A DNA stretch of 64,000 bases from assembly GCA_035938265.1 (NCBI GenBank), contig DASZHA010000058.1, positions 288 to 64,287 of the forward strand, given 5' to 3'. Position numbers and translations under genes: made by a program. Source of the stretch: Candidatus Dormiibacterota bacterium. GTDB taxonomy: Bacteria; Chloroflexota; Dormibacteria; DASZGP01. Under the pieces are notes generated by a model. That model searched no databases. It saw only the letters and a program-made list of their open reading frames with translations, and was not told the origin of the DNA. Of the stretch, positions 1-9,124 are shown one piece after another; the stretch's first letter is position 1, and every line of letters begins with the position of its first letter.

Positions 1-4
1 CCGG

Positions 5-1876
5 CTAGCCCTTTCCGCCGGCCCAGGCCAGTACGCGGTCCACCTCCCACGTATTGATCACGTCGTCGGCCTGCAGCCACGCCCGCTGGGCGACGTAGAC
101 CCCGAATTCCATCTGGTCCAGTTCCCTGGGGGTGTGCGCGTCGGAGTTGATAGAGATCTTCACCCCCAGCTCCGCCGCCCGCCGCGCGTACATGTCGTTG
201 AGATCGAGCCGTGCGGGGCTGGCGTTGATCTCCAGCGCTGTGTGCCCTTTGGCCGCGGCCTTGATCAGCGCCTCCATGTCCACGTCGGCGGGATCGCGCG
301 CCTCGACCTTGCGCCCCGTGGGGTGGCCGATGATGTCGACGTGGGGCGAGAGAGCCGCCTTGACCAGGCGCGCCGTCATCTCCTCCCGCGGCTGGCGCAG
401 CTGCGAGTGGACTGACGCCACCACCACGTCGAGCTCGGCGAGGATGTGTTCAGGGACGTCGAGGTCGCCGTTGGGCAGGATGTTGACCTCCACCCCCGCC
501 AGCACCCGAAAGCCCCTGTGCTTCTTCTGCAGCGCTTTGGCCGCGGCGCGGACCCGGGCGACCTGGTCGCGGTAAACCGAGCCCTCAATGCCGGTGATGA
601 TGCCCTGGGAGCGGGAGTGGTCGGTGATGTTGAGGTAGCCGTAGCCGCGCTTGACCGCGCCCTCCGCCATCTCCTCGATCGTGTTCTTGCCGTCGCTGTT
701 GTTGGTGTGCGCGTGGAGGTCACCGCGGATCATGTCGAGCTGGAGCAGGGGCGGCAGCTTGGCCTCGTCGGCGGCCTCGATCTCGCCGCGGTCCTCGCGC
801 AGCACCGGCGGGATGTACGCCAGCCCCAATGCCGAGTAGACCTGCTCCTCGGTCGCCGACGGCGACGCCTCGGTGGCGGCGAGGACCGCCCGGGAGCGGC
901 GTTCGGCCATCGGCGTCTTCGCCTTGGACCTAGCGACCGCTGCCACGTTGGCGCCGACAGCCTCGGCCTCGGCCTCGACGGCGGCCTCCTCGGCCTCGGC
1001 GTCCGCCGGCGCCAGGGTGGCCAGCCCGTACTCGTTGAGCGTCAGCCCCTGCTTCAGCGCCAGCGCCCGCATGTGCACGTTGTGGGCCTTGCTGCCGGTG
1101 AAGTAGACGAGGGCCGCGCCGTAATGCTCCAGCGGCACCACCCGCAGGTCGACCTGGAGGCCGTCCTGGGTCCGGATGCTGGACTTGGTCTCGCCCCGGG
1201 CGATGACCTCATCGACGTAGCCAAGCTCGCAGAACGCCGTCATCACCGGCGCCGGGTTGGTAGATGCCACCACCAGGTCGATGTCGCCGATCGATTCGCG
1301 CCGCCGTCGAACGCTCCCCGCCGGGGAGACCTGCTCCACGTCTGGCAGTCCCTCCAGCGCCTTGACCATGGCGTCGGCGGCGGCCATCGCCTTGGGCAGC
1401 AGCGTACGTGGCCCGCTGCCCCGCCCGCGCAGCGCCTCGATGCCCTTGGCTATGTTCTCCTCGGTCTTGGCGCGGATTCGCGCCACTTTGCGGATGCTGC
1501 CGTCCTGGAGTGCCGCCTCCAGGCCCTCGAGGGTGGTCACCCCCAGCGCGTCGTAGATGTCCTTGGCCGTCCGCGGCCCGAGGCCAGGGATCCGGAGGAA
1601 GTCGATAAGGCCGGGCGGCACCTCCGACTCCAGCTTCTCCAGGTATCCCAGCTTCCCGGTATCGCCGTATTCGTTGATCTTGTCCGCGATCGCCTTGCCG
1701 ATGCCGTGCACCTCCGCCAGGCGCCCATCGGCTCTGACCACGTCCAGGGGCTCGCTCAGCTGCTCCACCTGGCGAGCGGCCTCCCGGTAGGACCGCACCT
1801 TGAAGAACACCTCGCCCCGGATCTCGAGCAGGTCTGCGACACGGTTCAGCAGTGCCGCGTATTGGTCGTTACGCAT
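5..1876 (-). CDS. polX: DNA polymerase/3'-5' exonuclease PolX (family X polymerase fused to a PHP phosphoesterase domain)
   Basis: 623-aa ORF. The N-terminal 'RVADLLEIRGEVFFKVRSYREAA', 'HGIGKAIADKI' and 'GSVRRRRESIGDIDLVV' resemble Pol-beta-like HhH and nucleotidyltransferase motifs. The C-terminal 'GDLHAHTNNSDG' and 'INSDAH' are PHP metal-ligand motifs. The start overlaps the stop of the upstream gene by 8 nt. Confidence 0.9.
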   Translation of the reverse strand: MRNDQYAALLNRVADLLEIRGEVFFKVRSYREAARQVEQLSEPLDVVRADGRLAEVHGIGKAIADKINEYGDTGKLGYLEKLESEVPPGLIDFLRIPGLGPRTAKDIYDALGVTTLEGLEAALQDGSIRKVARIRAKTEENIAKGIEALRGRGSGPRTLLPKAMAAADAMVKALEGLPDVEQVSPAGSVRRRRESIGDIDLVVASTNPAPVMTAFCELGYVDEVIARGETKSSIRTQDGLQVDLRVVPLEHYGAALVYFTGSKAHNVHMRALALKQGLTLNEYGLATLAPADAEAEEAAVEAEAEAVGANVAAVARSKAKTPMAERRSRAVLAATEASPSATEEQVYSALGLAYIPPVLREDRGEIEAADEAKLPPLLQLDMIRGDLHAHTNNSDGKNTIEEMAEGAVKRGYGYLNITDHSRSQGIITGIEGSVYRDQVARVRAAAKALQKKHRGFRVLAGVEVNILPNGDLDVPEHILAELDVVVASVHSQLRQPREEMTARLVKAALSPHVDIIGHPTGRKVEARDPADVDMEALIKAAAKGHTALEINASPARLDLNDMYARRAAELGVKISINSDAHTPRELDQMEFGVYVAQRAWLQADDVINTWEVDRVLAWAGGKG

Positions 1877-2330
1877 CGCCTCCGGAGGCGCTCTCGGCGG
1901 CCAGCCACGGCGGCGTCACACCGGCCTTCTGATAGTTCGCGCGGAGCCGGTGGGTGGCCATCATGCAGCGGTCCATGACGATGCCCAGCCCCGCGGCCTG
2001 GGCCTTGTCGGCCGCGGCCTCGTTGGCGATTCCCAGCTGGGCCCAGACGCCCTTGGCGCCCTTGGCGATCGCCTCGTCGACGATCCCGGGGAGCTTCTCG
2101 GAGCCGCGGAAGACATCGACCACGTCCACGTCAAAGGGGATGTCGGCCAGCGACGGGTAGGCCTTCTCGCCCATGAAGGATTCGATCGTGGGGTTGACCG
2201 GCACCACCCGGTAGCCGACGCTGCGCAAGTACTCGCCCACCTCGTAGCTGTCCTTGCTGGGGTCATCGCTGAGGCCCACGATCGCTACGGTCTTGCTGTC
2301 GAGCAGCCTCTCGATGTCGGAGTCAGGCAT
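1869..2330 (-). CDS. CoA-binding domain protein (YccU/YneT-like)
   Basis: 153-aa ORF. 'KTVAIVGLSDDPSKDSYEVGEYLRSVGYRVVPVNP' is the typical Rossmann-like CoA-binding signature. Likely co-transcribed with polX. Confidence 0.8.
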   Translation of the reverse strand: MPDSDIERLLDSKTVAIVGLSDDPSKDSYEVGEYLRSVGYRVVPVNPTIESFMGEKAYPSLADIPFDVDVVDVFRGSEKLPGIVDEAIAKGAKGVWAQLGIANEAAADKAQAAGLGIVMDRCMMATHRLRANYQKAGVTPPWLAAESASGGDA

Positions 2331-2349
2331 CGCTCAACTGTACTGTCCG

Positions 2350-2373
2350 CCGGCCGGACTCGCGTCCGGCCGG
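2350..2373. repeat. Perfect 10-bp inverted repeat CCGGCCGGAC-tcgc-GTCCGGCCGG in a divergent intergenic region
   Basis: Read directly. Arms are at 2350-2359 and 2364-2373. It lies between the divergent starts at 2330 (-) and 2446 (+). Function is unknown; it could be an operator or a 5'-UTR hairpin. Confidence 0.6.
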
Positions 2374-2445
2374 GTTCAGCCCGCGGCGGCGCTCGGCACC
2401 GCGATCCGGCGGCCGTGGCAGAGGCGCCGGTTAGGATTTCGCGTT

Positions 2446-3465
2446 ATGGCACAGCCGGTAGCCGAAAGCGAATTCATCATCGAGCCGGGGCGCGGGGTCA
2501 GCCCGGTGACCGACGACATCATCGCCCTCAGCTGCCCGGTGCCGTTCGACGTTGGCACCGTCAACGTCTACCTGCTCCTGGGCGAGCCCCTGACCCTGGT
2601 CGACACCGGCTCCCGCCTCAACTGGACGATCGACGACCTCGAGGCGCTCGTGCGCCGGGCCGGGGTGGAGCTGAAGGACTTGCAGCAGCTGATCCTCACC
2701 CATCGGCACATCGACCACTTCGGCGTGGGTGCCGAGGTCAAGGAGCGCACCGGTGCCACGGTTGTCGCCTCCCACATCGACGGCCCCTTCATGGCGGAGT
2801 GGGAGGGCATGGTCATCGGCAGCCGCGACCAGTTCCGCAGCTGGGGCCGCGCCTTCGGCATCCCCGACAACCTCTTCATGCTCAACGACACCTGGGCCAA
2901 GGCGATCGTCGAGGCGGCGCACCCGGTCACCAGCGACCGGCTGGTCAAGGACGGCGACATCGTCGAAGCCGGCGGCCGGCGGCTCCGGGTGATCGAGTGC
3001 CCGGGTCACACTGAGGGGCTGATCACCTTCTTCGACGAAGCCGACGGCGTCTTCCTCGCCAATGACCATGTCCTCCGCCACATCACCCCCAACCCCGATG
3101 TCTACAGCTACGAGCCGGCCAACCTTCGCAGCGGCCTGCCGGACTACATCGAGTCGCTCCAGAAGATCCGGGACCTGCCCGCTCGGATCGTGCTGCCAGG
3201 GCATGGGCACGAGCTGACCGACCTGCCCGGGCGGATCGACGAGGTCCTGGTGCACCACGACCAGCGGGCCGACCTGGTGGTCGAAATCATCCGGACCCGG
3301 CCGCGGAGCATCTTCGACATCGCTGCCGAGGTCTGGCCCAAGCTGCGCCCGCGCGACGCCCACCTGGCGATCCGCGAGATCATCGGCCACGTCGTTCTCC
3401 TGGAGCGCGACGGGCGCGCCGACCACGACTGGCAGGACGACGTGCTGATCTACCGAGCGACCTGA
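2446..3465 (+). CDS. MBL-fold metallo-hydrolase
   Basis: HxHxDH motif 'THRHIDHFG', with later His ligands in 'CPGHTEG' and 'LPGHGH'. I chose the ATG at 2446 instead of the ORF-track start at 2254, which would overlap the divergent gene. Confidence 0.85.
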   Translation: MAQPVAESEFIIEPGRGVSPVTDDIIALSCPVPFDVGTVNVYLLLGEPLTLVDTGSRLNWTIDDLEALVRRAGVELKDLQQLILTHRHIDHFGVGAEVKERTGATVVASHIDGPFMAEWEGMVIGSRDQFRSWGRAFGIPDNLFMLNDTWAKAIVEAAHPVTSDRLVKDGDIVEAGGRRLRVIECPGHTEGLITFFDEADGVFLANDHVLRHITPNPDVYSYEPANLRSGLPDYIESLQKIRDLPARIVLPGHGHELTDLPGRIDEVLVHHDQRADLVVEIIRTRPRSIFDIAAEVWPKLRPRDAHLAIREIIGHVVLLERDGRADHDWQDDVLIYRAT

Positions 3466-3472
3466 GCAGGCC

Positions 3473-4666
3473 GTGACTGAGGGCTCGCCGCCGGACGGCA
3501 TACGAACTCCGCGTACGCCACTGGGCGGCATGCGGGTGCTCGACCTCTGCCGGCTGCTGCCGGGCGACTTCGCGACCTGGGTCCTGGCCGACCTGGGGGC
3601 CGACGTCATCAAAGTCGAGGACACGACCGGCGGCGACTACATGCGCTGGACACCCCCGATGGCAGGGCACTCGTCGGCGATGTTCTGGGCCATCAACCGG
3701 GGCAAGCGCTGCGTCAAGCTGGATCTCAAGCAGGACGCCGGAAAGGATGTGCTGCTGCGCCTGGTGGACAGCGCCGACGCCCTGCTCGAGGGGTTCCGCC
3801 CGGGCGTGATGGACCGGCTCAGCCTCGGCTACGACACCCTCTCGAAGCGCAACCCGAGCCTGGTCTACGCGGCCATCACCGGCTACGGGCAGGATGGGCC
3901 GCTGGCGCAGCGCGCCGGGCACGACCTGCTCTACAACTCGCTGGCCGGGCTGCAGGGGATCACCGGCACCCCCGACGCGCTCGCCGTCCCCGGCTTTCAA
4001 ATCGCGGACATGGCGGGCGGCGGGCTTGGCGGGGCGTTGTCGGTGGTGTCGGCGCTGCTGATGCGGGAACGGGACCCCAAGCGCCAGGGCTGTTTCCTCG
4101 ACGTCTCCATGTTCGACGGCGTCAGCGCCATCGTGTCGCCCCACATCGCCAACGCCCTGGCCGGCGGCGACGCCGCCGAGCCCGGCAGGATGGCGCTGAA
4201 CGGCGGCTACGCCTGCTACCGCACATACCGCGCCGCCGACGGCCGGTGGATGGCGCTGGCCGCGCTGGAGCCCAAGTTCTGGAAGGCCTTCTGCGAGCTG
4301 GTCGACCGGCCTGACCTCATCGACCGGGGCCTGGAGTCGGGCGAAGACGTCTACGCCGAGGTAGGAGCGGTGATCGCGTCGCGCACCCGGGCCGAGTGGG
4401 AGGTGTTGCTCATGGACCACGACGTGATGCTGGAGCCGGTCAACACCCTGGCCGAAGCCGTTGAGGACCCCCAGGCCAAAGCCCGCGGACTGTGGATTGA
4501 CGTCGGCGGCGATGTGCCCCAACCAGCGCCGGTGGTGCGCCTTCCGGGTGGCTTCCACGCCGACCCGCGGGTGGCGGAGCAGGGCGCCGACACCGACGCC
4601 GTGCTGGCCGAGCTTGGCTACTCCCAGAGGGAAATCGACGACATGAGGGCCGAGGGCATAATCTAG
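3473..4666 (+). CDS. Family III CoA-transferase (CaiB/BaiF / alpha-methylacyl-CoA racemase-like)
   Basis: The N-terminal 'GMRVLDLCRLLPGDFATWVLADLGADVIKVE' and the catalytic-Asp region 'AGHDLLYNSLAG' are characteristic of the family. GTG start. Confidence 0.85.
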   Translation: MTEGSPPDGIRTPRTPLGGMRVLDLCRLLPGDFATWVLADLGADVIKVEDTTGGDYMRWTPPMAGHSSAMFWAINRGKRCVKLDLKQDAGKDVLLRLVDSADALLEGFRPGVMDRLSLGYDTLSKRNPSLVYAAITGYGQDGPLAQRAGHDLLYNSLAGLQGITGTPDALAVPGFQIADMAGGGLGGALSVVSALLMRERDPKRQGCFLDVSMFDGVSAIVSPHIANALAGGDAAEPGRMALNGGYACYRTYRAADGRWMALAALEPKFWKAFCELVDRPDLIDRGLESGEDVYAEVGAVIASRTRAEWEVLLMDHDVMLEPVNTLAEAVEDPQAKARGLWIDVGGDVPQPAPVVRLPGGFHADPRVAEQGADTDAVLAELGYSQREIDDMRAEGII

Positions 4667-4693
4667 CCCGAGCCCACCCGACGGTCAGAGGAG

Positions 4694-5515
4694 GTGATCG
4701 AGATCTCTGCGGTTCGGCAGTTCCCGGTGACCGGCGCGCTGGACGCCTCCTACGCCCAGGGCCTGGCCATCAAGGTCGAGGACCTGCGCAAGACCTACGG
4801 CGAAGTCGTGGCCGTCGACGGGATCTCATTCTCCGTCCGGGAACACGAGATCTTTGGCATCCTCGGTCCCAACGGGGCCGGCAAGACCACCACCGTCGAG
4901 ATCCTTGAGGGCCTGCGTCCCGCCGACAGCGGCAAAGCGATGGTGGCCGGCGTCGACGTGCTCCGTTACCCGACGCGGGTGAAGTCCCTGATCGGGGTCC
5001 AGCTGCAGTCCGCCAACTTCTGGGACAACCTGCGCCTGACCGAGATCATCGACGTCTTCGCCGCCATCTATGGCCGCCGAGTCGATGCCATGGCGATCCT
5101 GACCAAGGTCGACCTCCGCGACAAGGCCAAGGCATACACCAAGCACCTCAGCGGCGGGCAGAAGCAACGCTTCTCGATCGCCACCGCGCTGGTCAACGAG
5201 CCGCGCGTCATCTTCCTCGACGAGCCCACCACCGGCCTCGACCCACAGGCCCGGCGCAACCTCTGGGAGCTGGTGCGCTCACTGCGCGAGGAGGGCGCCA
5301 CCGTCGTCATGACGACGCACTACCTGGAAGAGGCGGAGGTGCTCTGCGACCGCGTCGCGATCATGGATGAGGGGCGGATCGTCACCCTCGACACGCCCGA
5401 CGCGCTCATCGAGCGGCTGCTGGCCAAGGGCTTCCGGCGCAAGAAGGCGGAGCGGGAGGCGAACCTGGAGGACGTCTTCATCGACCTCACCGGCAAGGAC
5501 CTGCGCGAGGACTGA
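4694..5515 (+). CDS. ABC transporter ATP-binding protein (ABC-2 subfamily type)
   Basis: Walker A 'GPNGAGKTTT', signature 'LSGGQKQR', Walker B 'VIFLDEPTTGLD'. The exact start is uncertain because the GTG at 4694 directly abuts a GAGGAG. Confidence 0.9.
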   Translation: MIEISAVRQFPVTGALDASYAQGLAIKVEDLRKTYGEVVAVDGISFSVREHEIFGILGPNGAGKTTTVEILEGLRPADSGKAMVAGVDVLRYPTRVKSLIGVQLQSANFWDNLRLTEIIDVFAAIYGRRVDAMAILTKVDLRDKAKAYTKHLSGGQKQRFSIATALVNEPRVIFLDEPTTGLDPQARRNLWELVRSLREEGATVVMTTHYLEEAEVLCDRVAIMDEGRIVTLDTPDALIERLLAKGFRRKKAEREANLEDVFIDLTGKDLRED

Positions 5516-6618
5516 TGGGCGGAAGCGCCTTCCCGGCACTGCTCAAGGCGTCGCTGAAGTCGTACTACCGCAACCGCATCGCGATCTTCTTCAGCCTCTT
5601 CCTGCCGCTGATGATCATGGTCATCTTCGGCCTGCTCAACCTGGGTGGCAACAACACCACCGAGAACGTCGGCATCGTCGACCAGGCGCACAACGACGCC
5701 TCCAAGCAGGTCATCGACAACCTCGGCAAGGTGTCGGTGCTCAAGGTCCAGCAGGGCGACGAAGGACCCCTGAAGGCAAAGCTGCAGAAGGGCGACCTGG
5801 CCCTTGTCGTGATCCTGCCCAAGGACCTAGGGGCGGTCGGGGCGCCGGGGGCGCAGGCGCCGGCCAGGATCCCGGTCTTCGGCAACGCCGCTAAGCCGCA
5901 GGACACCGAGATCGCGCGTTCGATCGTGCAGCAGTTCTTCGACCAGCAGTCGTTCGCCATCGCCAAGATCCAACCGCCACTGCAGATGGCCTACCAGGAC
6001 GTGCAGGGTAAGAACCAGACCTACACCGACTTCCTGGTCCCGGGCATCATCGCGCTCTCCATCATGCAGACGGGCATCTTCAGCGTCGCCTTCGCCTTCG
6101 TCCAGCAGAAGCAGAACGGCGTCCTGCGCCGCCTGATGGCGACGCCGATGCGGGTGTCGGAATTCCTCGCCGCCCAGGTCTCCACCCGACTGATCATGGC
6201 CGCGGTGCAGGTGGTGATCCTCCTGGTCGTCGGCCTGGCGCTGTTCCACTTCCACCTGGTGGGCAATGTGCTCGAGCTGATGGTGGTGGCGGTGATTGGC
6301 TCCGCGATCTTCATCGCCATGGGCTTCGCGATCTCCGGCTACGCCAAGGACGAGCAGGTGGTGCCGGCGATCGCCAACATCATCGTCCTGCCGATGATGT
6401 TTCTCTCCGGGATCTTCTTCGGGCGCGACAACATGCCCGGGTGGCTGCACGCCGTCAGCAACTTCCTGCCGCTGACGTATGTCACCGACGCGATCAGGAC
6501 TGTGAGCCTCGACGGCTCCCACCTCTGGGACATCAAGGCTGACCTGCTGGGGATGGTGCTGTGGCTGGTGATCGCCACCGCGGTGGCGGTGCGGCTATTC
6601 CGCTGGCAGCCGGTCTGA
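5515..6618 (+). CDS. ABC-2 type transporter permease
   Basis: 367-aa ORF with an N-terminal TM helix, a large extracytoplasmic loop and a C-terminal cluster of about 5 TM helices. One-nucleotide TGATG overlap with the ATPase gene. Confidence 0.85.
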   Translation: MGGSAFPALLKASLKSYYRNRIAIFFSLFLPLMIMVIFGLLNLGGNNTTENVGIVDQAHNDASKQVIDNLGKVSVLKVQQGDEGPLKAKLQKGDLALVVILPKDLGAVGAPGAQAPARIPVFGNAAKPQDTEIARSIVQQFFDQQSFAIAKIQPPLQMAYQDVQGKNQTYTDFLVPGIIALSIMQTGIFSVAFAFVQQKQNGVLRRLMATPMRVSEFLAAQVSTRLIMAAVQVVILLVVGLALFHFHLVGNVLELMVVAVIGSAIFIAMGFAISGYAKDEQVVPAIANIIVLPMMFLSGIFFGRDNMPGWLHAVSNFLPLTYVTDAIRTVSLDGSHLWDIKADLLGMVLWLVIATAVAVRLFRWQPV

Positions 6619-6619
6619 G

Positions 6620-7324
6620 CTAGGGCCTCGGCCGGCGCCTGCGCCTGGCGACGCGGCCCAGGGACAGAATCGCCACCCCGACCACGGCTGTGGCCAGGCC
6701 GGCTATCGGGCGACTGTCGCCCGCCGTGCCGGTGAAGGGGAGGCCCGGCGACCTGGTATCGGGCAGGACCTGGCCCGTGGTGGCGTTGACGGTCGTGGGC
6801 GAGTTGGGCCCGGTGCCCGCGCCCCGGACCACCACGGTGCCGTCCATGTTGGTGATCGGCTGGTTGGGGGTGTTGCCCTGGGTCCGGCCTCCGTGGTAGG
6901 CGCAGTAGTAATGGAAGGTGCCGGCGTGCGTGAACGTGAACGAGAGGGGACAACCCTGGCCGGTGTAGGTGCACGCTCCGCCGTAGGGCTCGCCCGGCTT
7001 GGTCACCGTGTGCCCGGGACAGCCGTTGCCGAGTCCCATCGCCAGCAGGACCAGGGCGTCGGTGTCGCAGTTGGGCAAGGGGTCGGGCGGCGGGTTGACC
7101 AGCACGCCATGCTCGTCCCAGACCCATTGGACGGTGTCGCCGCGGTTGATCGTCACGACGCCACCGTTGCCCGGGGTTGAGTCCTGGGTGCACGCCGCGT
7201 TGACGCAGAACATGAATTCATGCATTCGCACCTGGACGGTGGCCGCCGACGCCGGCAGCGATGCGGTCACCGCCGCCACCACCGCCGCAGCCACGCTCGC
7301 CAGCTTCAGCCCAAGGCTCATCAC
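6620..7324 (-). CDS. Secreted cupredoxin-like (type-1 copper-like) protein with a C-terminal LPXTG-type cell-wall sorting signal
   Basis: Signal peptide 'LASVAAAVVAAVTASLPASAA'. Cupredoxin pattern 'INRGDTVQWVW', 'GCPGHTV', 'GTFHYYCAYHGG' and 'NMDGTVVV' gives candidate His/Cys/His/Met ligands. The C-terminus is 'LPFTG', then a hydrophobic helix, then 'RRRRRPRP'. AAGGAGGG Shine-Dalgarno sequence upstream. Confidence 0.7.
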   Translation of the reverse strand: MMSLGLKLASVAAAVVAAVTASLPASAATVQVRMHEFMFCVNAACTQDSTPGNGGVVTINRGDTVQWVWDEHGVLVNPPPDPLPNCDTDALVLLAMGLGNGCPGHTVTKPGEPYGGACTYTGQGCPLSFTFTHAGTFHYYCAYHGGRTQGNTPNQPITNMDGTVVVRGAGTGPNSPTTVNATTGQVLPDTRSPGLPFTGTAGDSRPIAGLATAVVGVAILSLGRVARRRRRPRP

Positions 7325-7383
7325 TCGCCCTCCTTTGCGGCCCGCACCCTGAACATACCGTGCCGGGTTACGCCAAGCGGGGG

Positions 7384-7974
7384 CTATGCGCTGAGCGTCA
7401 GCCAGAGGTCCTCCACCTGGCGCCGGGTTTCGTCCAGCCCGCCCGAGTTGTCGATCACCCGGCTGGCACGCTCACGCTTCTGGTCCAGCGGGATCTGGGC
7501 GGCAATCCTGGCTTTGGCGTCGTCCGGGCGCACGCCGCGGGCGATGGCGCGCTCCCGCTGCAGCTCCTCGGGGGTCCAGACCACGACCACCTCGGGTAGG
7601 CCGGCCTCGAGCCCCGACTCGTAGAGCAGGGGCACGTCGAGGACGACGACCTTGGCGCCGGCCGCCTCAGCCGCCTGGATCTCCTCCAGCATCCAGCTCC
7701 GGACCCTGGGGTGGGTGATGGCGTTGAGGCGAGCCAGGGCGTCAGGGTCGGCGAAGGCCATGTCGGCCAGCTTCTCGCGGTCAAGGTCGCCGTCCGGCCC
7801 CAGGACCTCGAGGCCGAAGGACTGAACCACCTCGGCGAGGCCCTCGGAGCCGGGCGCCACAACCAGGCGGGCGCCCTCGTCGGCGTCGACGATGTAGGCG
7901 CCGAGGTCGCGCAGCATGCCGCTGACCGTGCTCTTGCCGGAGCCGATGCCACCGGTTAGTCCTATGATCTGCAT
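7384..7974 (-). CDS. coaE: Dephospho-CoA kinase
   Basis: 'MQIIGLTGGIGSGKSTV' P-loop at the N-terminus and 'ITHPRV' are typical CoaE features. Only the last 196 codons of the 550-aa ORF-track entry are used. An alternative ATG lies at 7995. Confidence 0.9.
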   Translation of the reverse strand: MQIIGLTGGIGSGKSTVSGMLRDLGAYIVDADEGARLVVAPGSEGLAEVVQSFGLEVLGPDGDLDREKLADMAFADPDALARLNAITHPRVRSWMLEEIQAAEAAGAKVVVLDVPLLYESGLEAGLPEVVVVWTPEELQRERAIARGVRPDDAKARIAAQIPLDQKRERASRVIDNSGGLDETRRQVEDLWLTLSA

Positions 7975-8028
7975 CCGGATCGAAATGGTAGCCATGGCCG
8001 CCCGCCGGCACCGCAACGGAGAGCGCGA

Positions 8029-9072
8029 ATGAGAGCAGTCAGCTTTGTTGAGATCGGCAAGCTGGAGATGCGTGAGGCCGACAAGCCCACCATCGAGGAC
8101 CCGACCGACGTGCTCCTCAAGGTGACCACCAGTGCCATCTGCGGCTCCGACCTGCACGTGCTCGAGGGCCGCATCCCCGGGATGATGGCGGGCGGCATCA
8201 TCGGCCACGAGTTCATCGGGGTGGTCGAAGACGCCGGTCCCGAGGTCAAGAACTTCAAGCCCGGCGACCGAGCGCTGGCCTCGTTCCTGATCCCCTGCGG
8301 CAAGTGCTGGTACTGTCAGCGCGGCCTCTACGGCCAGTGCGAGGACGTGCGGGTCTTTGGCTACGGCATCTTCGTCGGCGACATCAACGGCGGCCAGGCG
8401 GAGTACGTGCGGGTGCCCAACGCCGACCTCAGCCTGCACCACGTGGACCAGAAGCTGAGCGACGAGCAGGCGCTCTTCGCCGGCGACATCCTCACCACCG
8501 GCTTCCATGTCGCCGACATCGCCGGCATCAAGGAGGGGGACACCGTTGCCGTGGTCGGCTGCGGGCCGGTCGGCCTCTTCGCGATCCAGGCGGCCCAGAC
8601 GTTCAAGCCCTCCAAGGTCTACGCCATCGACTCCGTCGACCAGCGCCTGGAGATGGCCCAGGGCTTCGGCGCCGAGCCGATCGACATGCGCCACCAGAAC
8701 GCGGTCGTCACCACCCAGGATGCGACCGCCGGTCGTGGCGTGGACGTGGTGCTGGAGTGTGTGGGGATGGCCGAGGCGCTGATCCCGACCTTCGACATGG
8801 TCCGCCCTGGGGGCACCGTGGGGGTCATCGGGGTGCACTCGGCGCCCGAGGCCACCTTCCCCCTGCAGATGATGTTCAACAAGGGCATCGACCTCCACTT
8901 CGGGGGCATCGCCAACGTCCCCGGGCGCTGGGACCGGGTGCTGGACCTGATCGAGAAGGGGGAGCTGCACCCGGAATCGATCATCAGCCATCGGATGAAG
9001 CTGGAGGACGCCCTCGAGGGCTATCGCCTCTTCCAATCGCGCGAGGCGATGAAGGTGGTCCTCACACCGTAG
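8029..9072 (+). CDS. Zinc-dependent alcohol dehydrogenase family (MDR) oxidoreductase
   Basis: 'CGSDLHV' and 'GHEFIGVVEDAG' catalytic-Zn motifs, structural-Zn Cys cluster 'CGKCWYCQRGLYGQC', and NAD-binding 'VAVVGCGPVG'. Confidence 0.9.
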   Translation: MRAVSFVEIGKLEMREADKPTIEDPTDVLLKVTTSAICGSDLHVLEGRIPGMMAGGIIGHEFIGVVEDAGPEVKNFKPGDRALASFLIPCGKCWYCQRGLYGQCEDVRVFGYGIFVGDINGGQAEYVRVPNADLSLHHVDQKLSDEQALFAGDILTTGFHVADIAGIKEGDTVAVVGCGPVGLFAIQAAQTFKPSKVYAIDSVDQRLEMAQGFGAEPIDMRHQNAVVTTQDATAGRGVDVVLECVGMAEALIPTFDMVRPGGTVGVIGVHSAPEATFPLQMMFNKGIDLHFGGIANVPGRWDRVLDLIEKGELHPESIISHRMKLEDALEGYRLFQSREAMKVVLTP

Positions 9073-9083
9073 GGGCGCGAGTG

Positions 9084-9108
9084 GCCGGCCGCCGCGAGGG
9101 CGGCCGGC
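9084..9108. terminator. GC-rich hairpin between convergent genes (candidate bidirectional terminator)
   Basis: Perfect 10-bp stem GCCGGCCGCC / GGCGGCCGGC with loop gcgag, in the 52-nt gap between the stops at 9072 (+) and 9125 (-). There is no clear U-tract. Confidence 0.35.
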
Positions 9109-9124
9109 ACCACTCAGCTTGAAG

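Noticed and set aside
446-1978. Many long ORFs antisense to or out of frame with the called genes. Examples are 446-1978 (+), 2431-3624 (-), 3380-4558 (-), 11350-12852 (-), 16798-17787 (-), 21721-22863 (-), 23661-24842 (-), 45400-46806 (-), 50453-51775 (-), 60225-61502 (-) and 61286-62794 (-)
   Set aside because: These are typical high-GC shadow ORFs. Their translations are Arg/Gly/Pro/Ala/His-rich with no motifs, and each is fully covered by a gene on another frame or strand that carries clear family signatures and GC3 bias.
7384-9036. A 550-aa minus-strand ORF that looks like a large protein
   Set aside because: Only its last 196 codons (7384-7974) have a recognisable identity (CoaE, with the P-loop at the new N-terminus). 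The upstream roughly 350 codons are the antisense shadow of the well-supported alcohol dehydrogenase gene (8029-9072, +) and have a Gly/Asp/His/Arg-rich nonsense composition.
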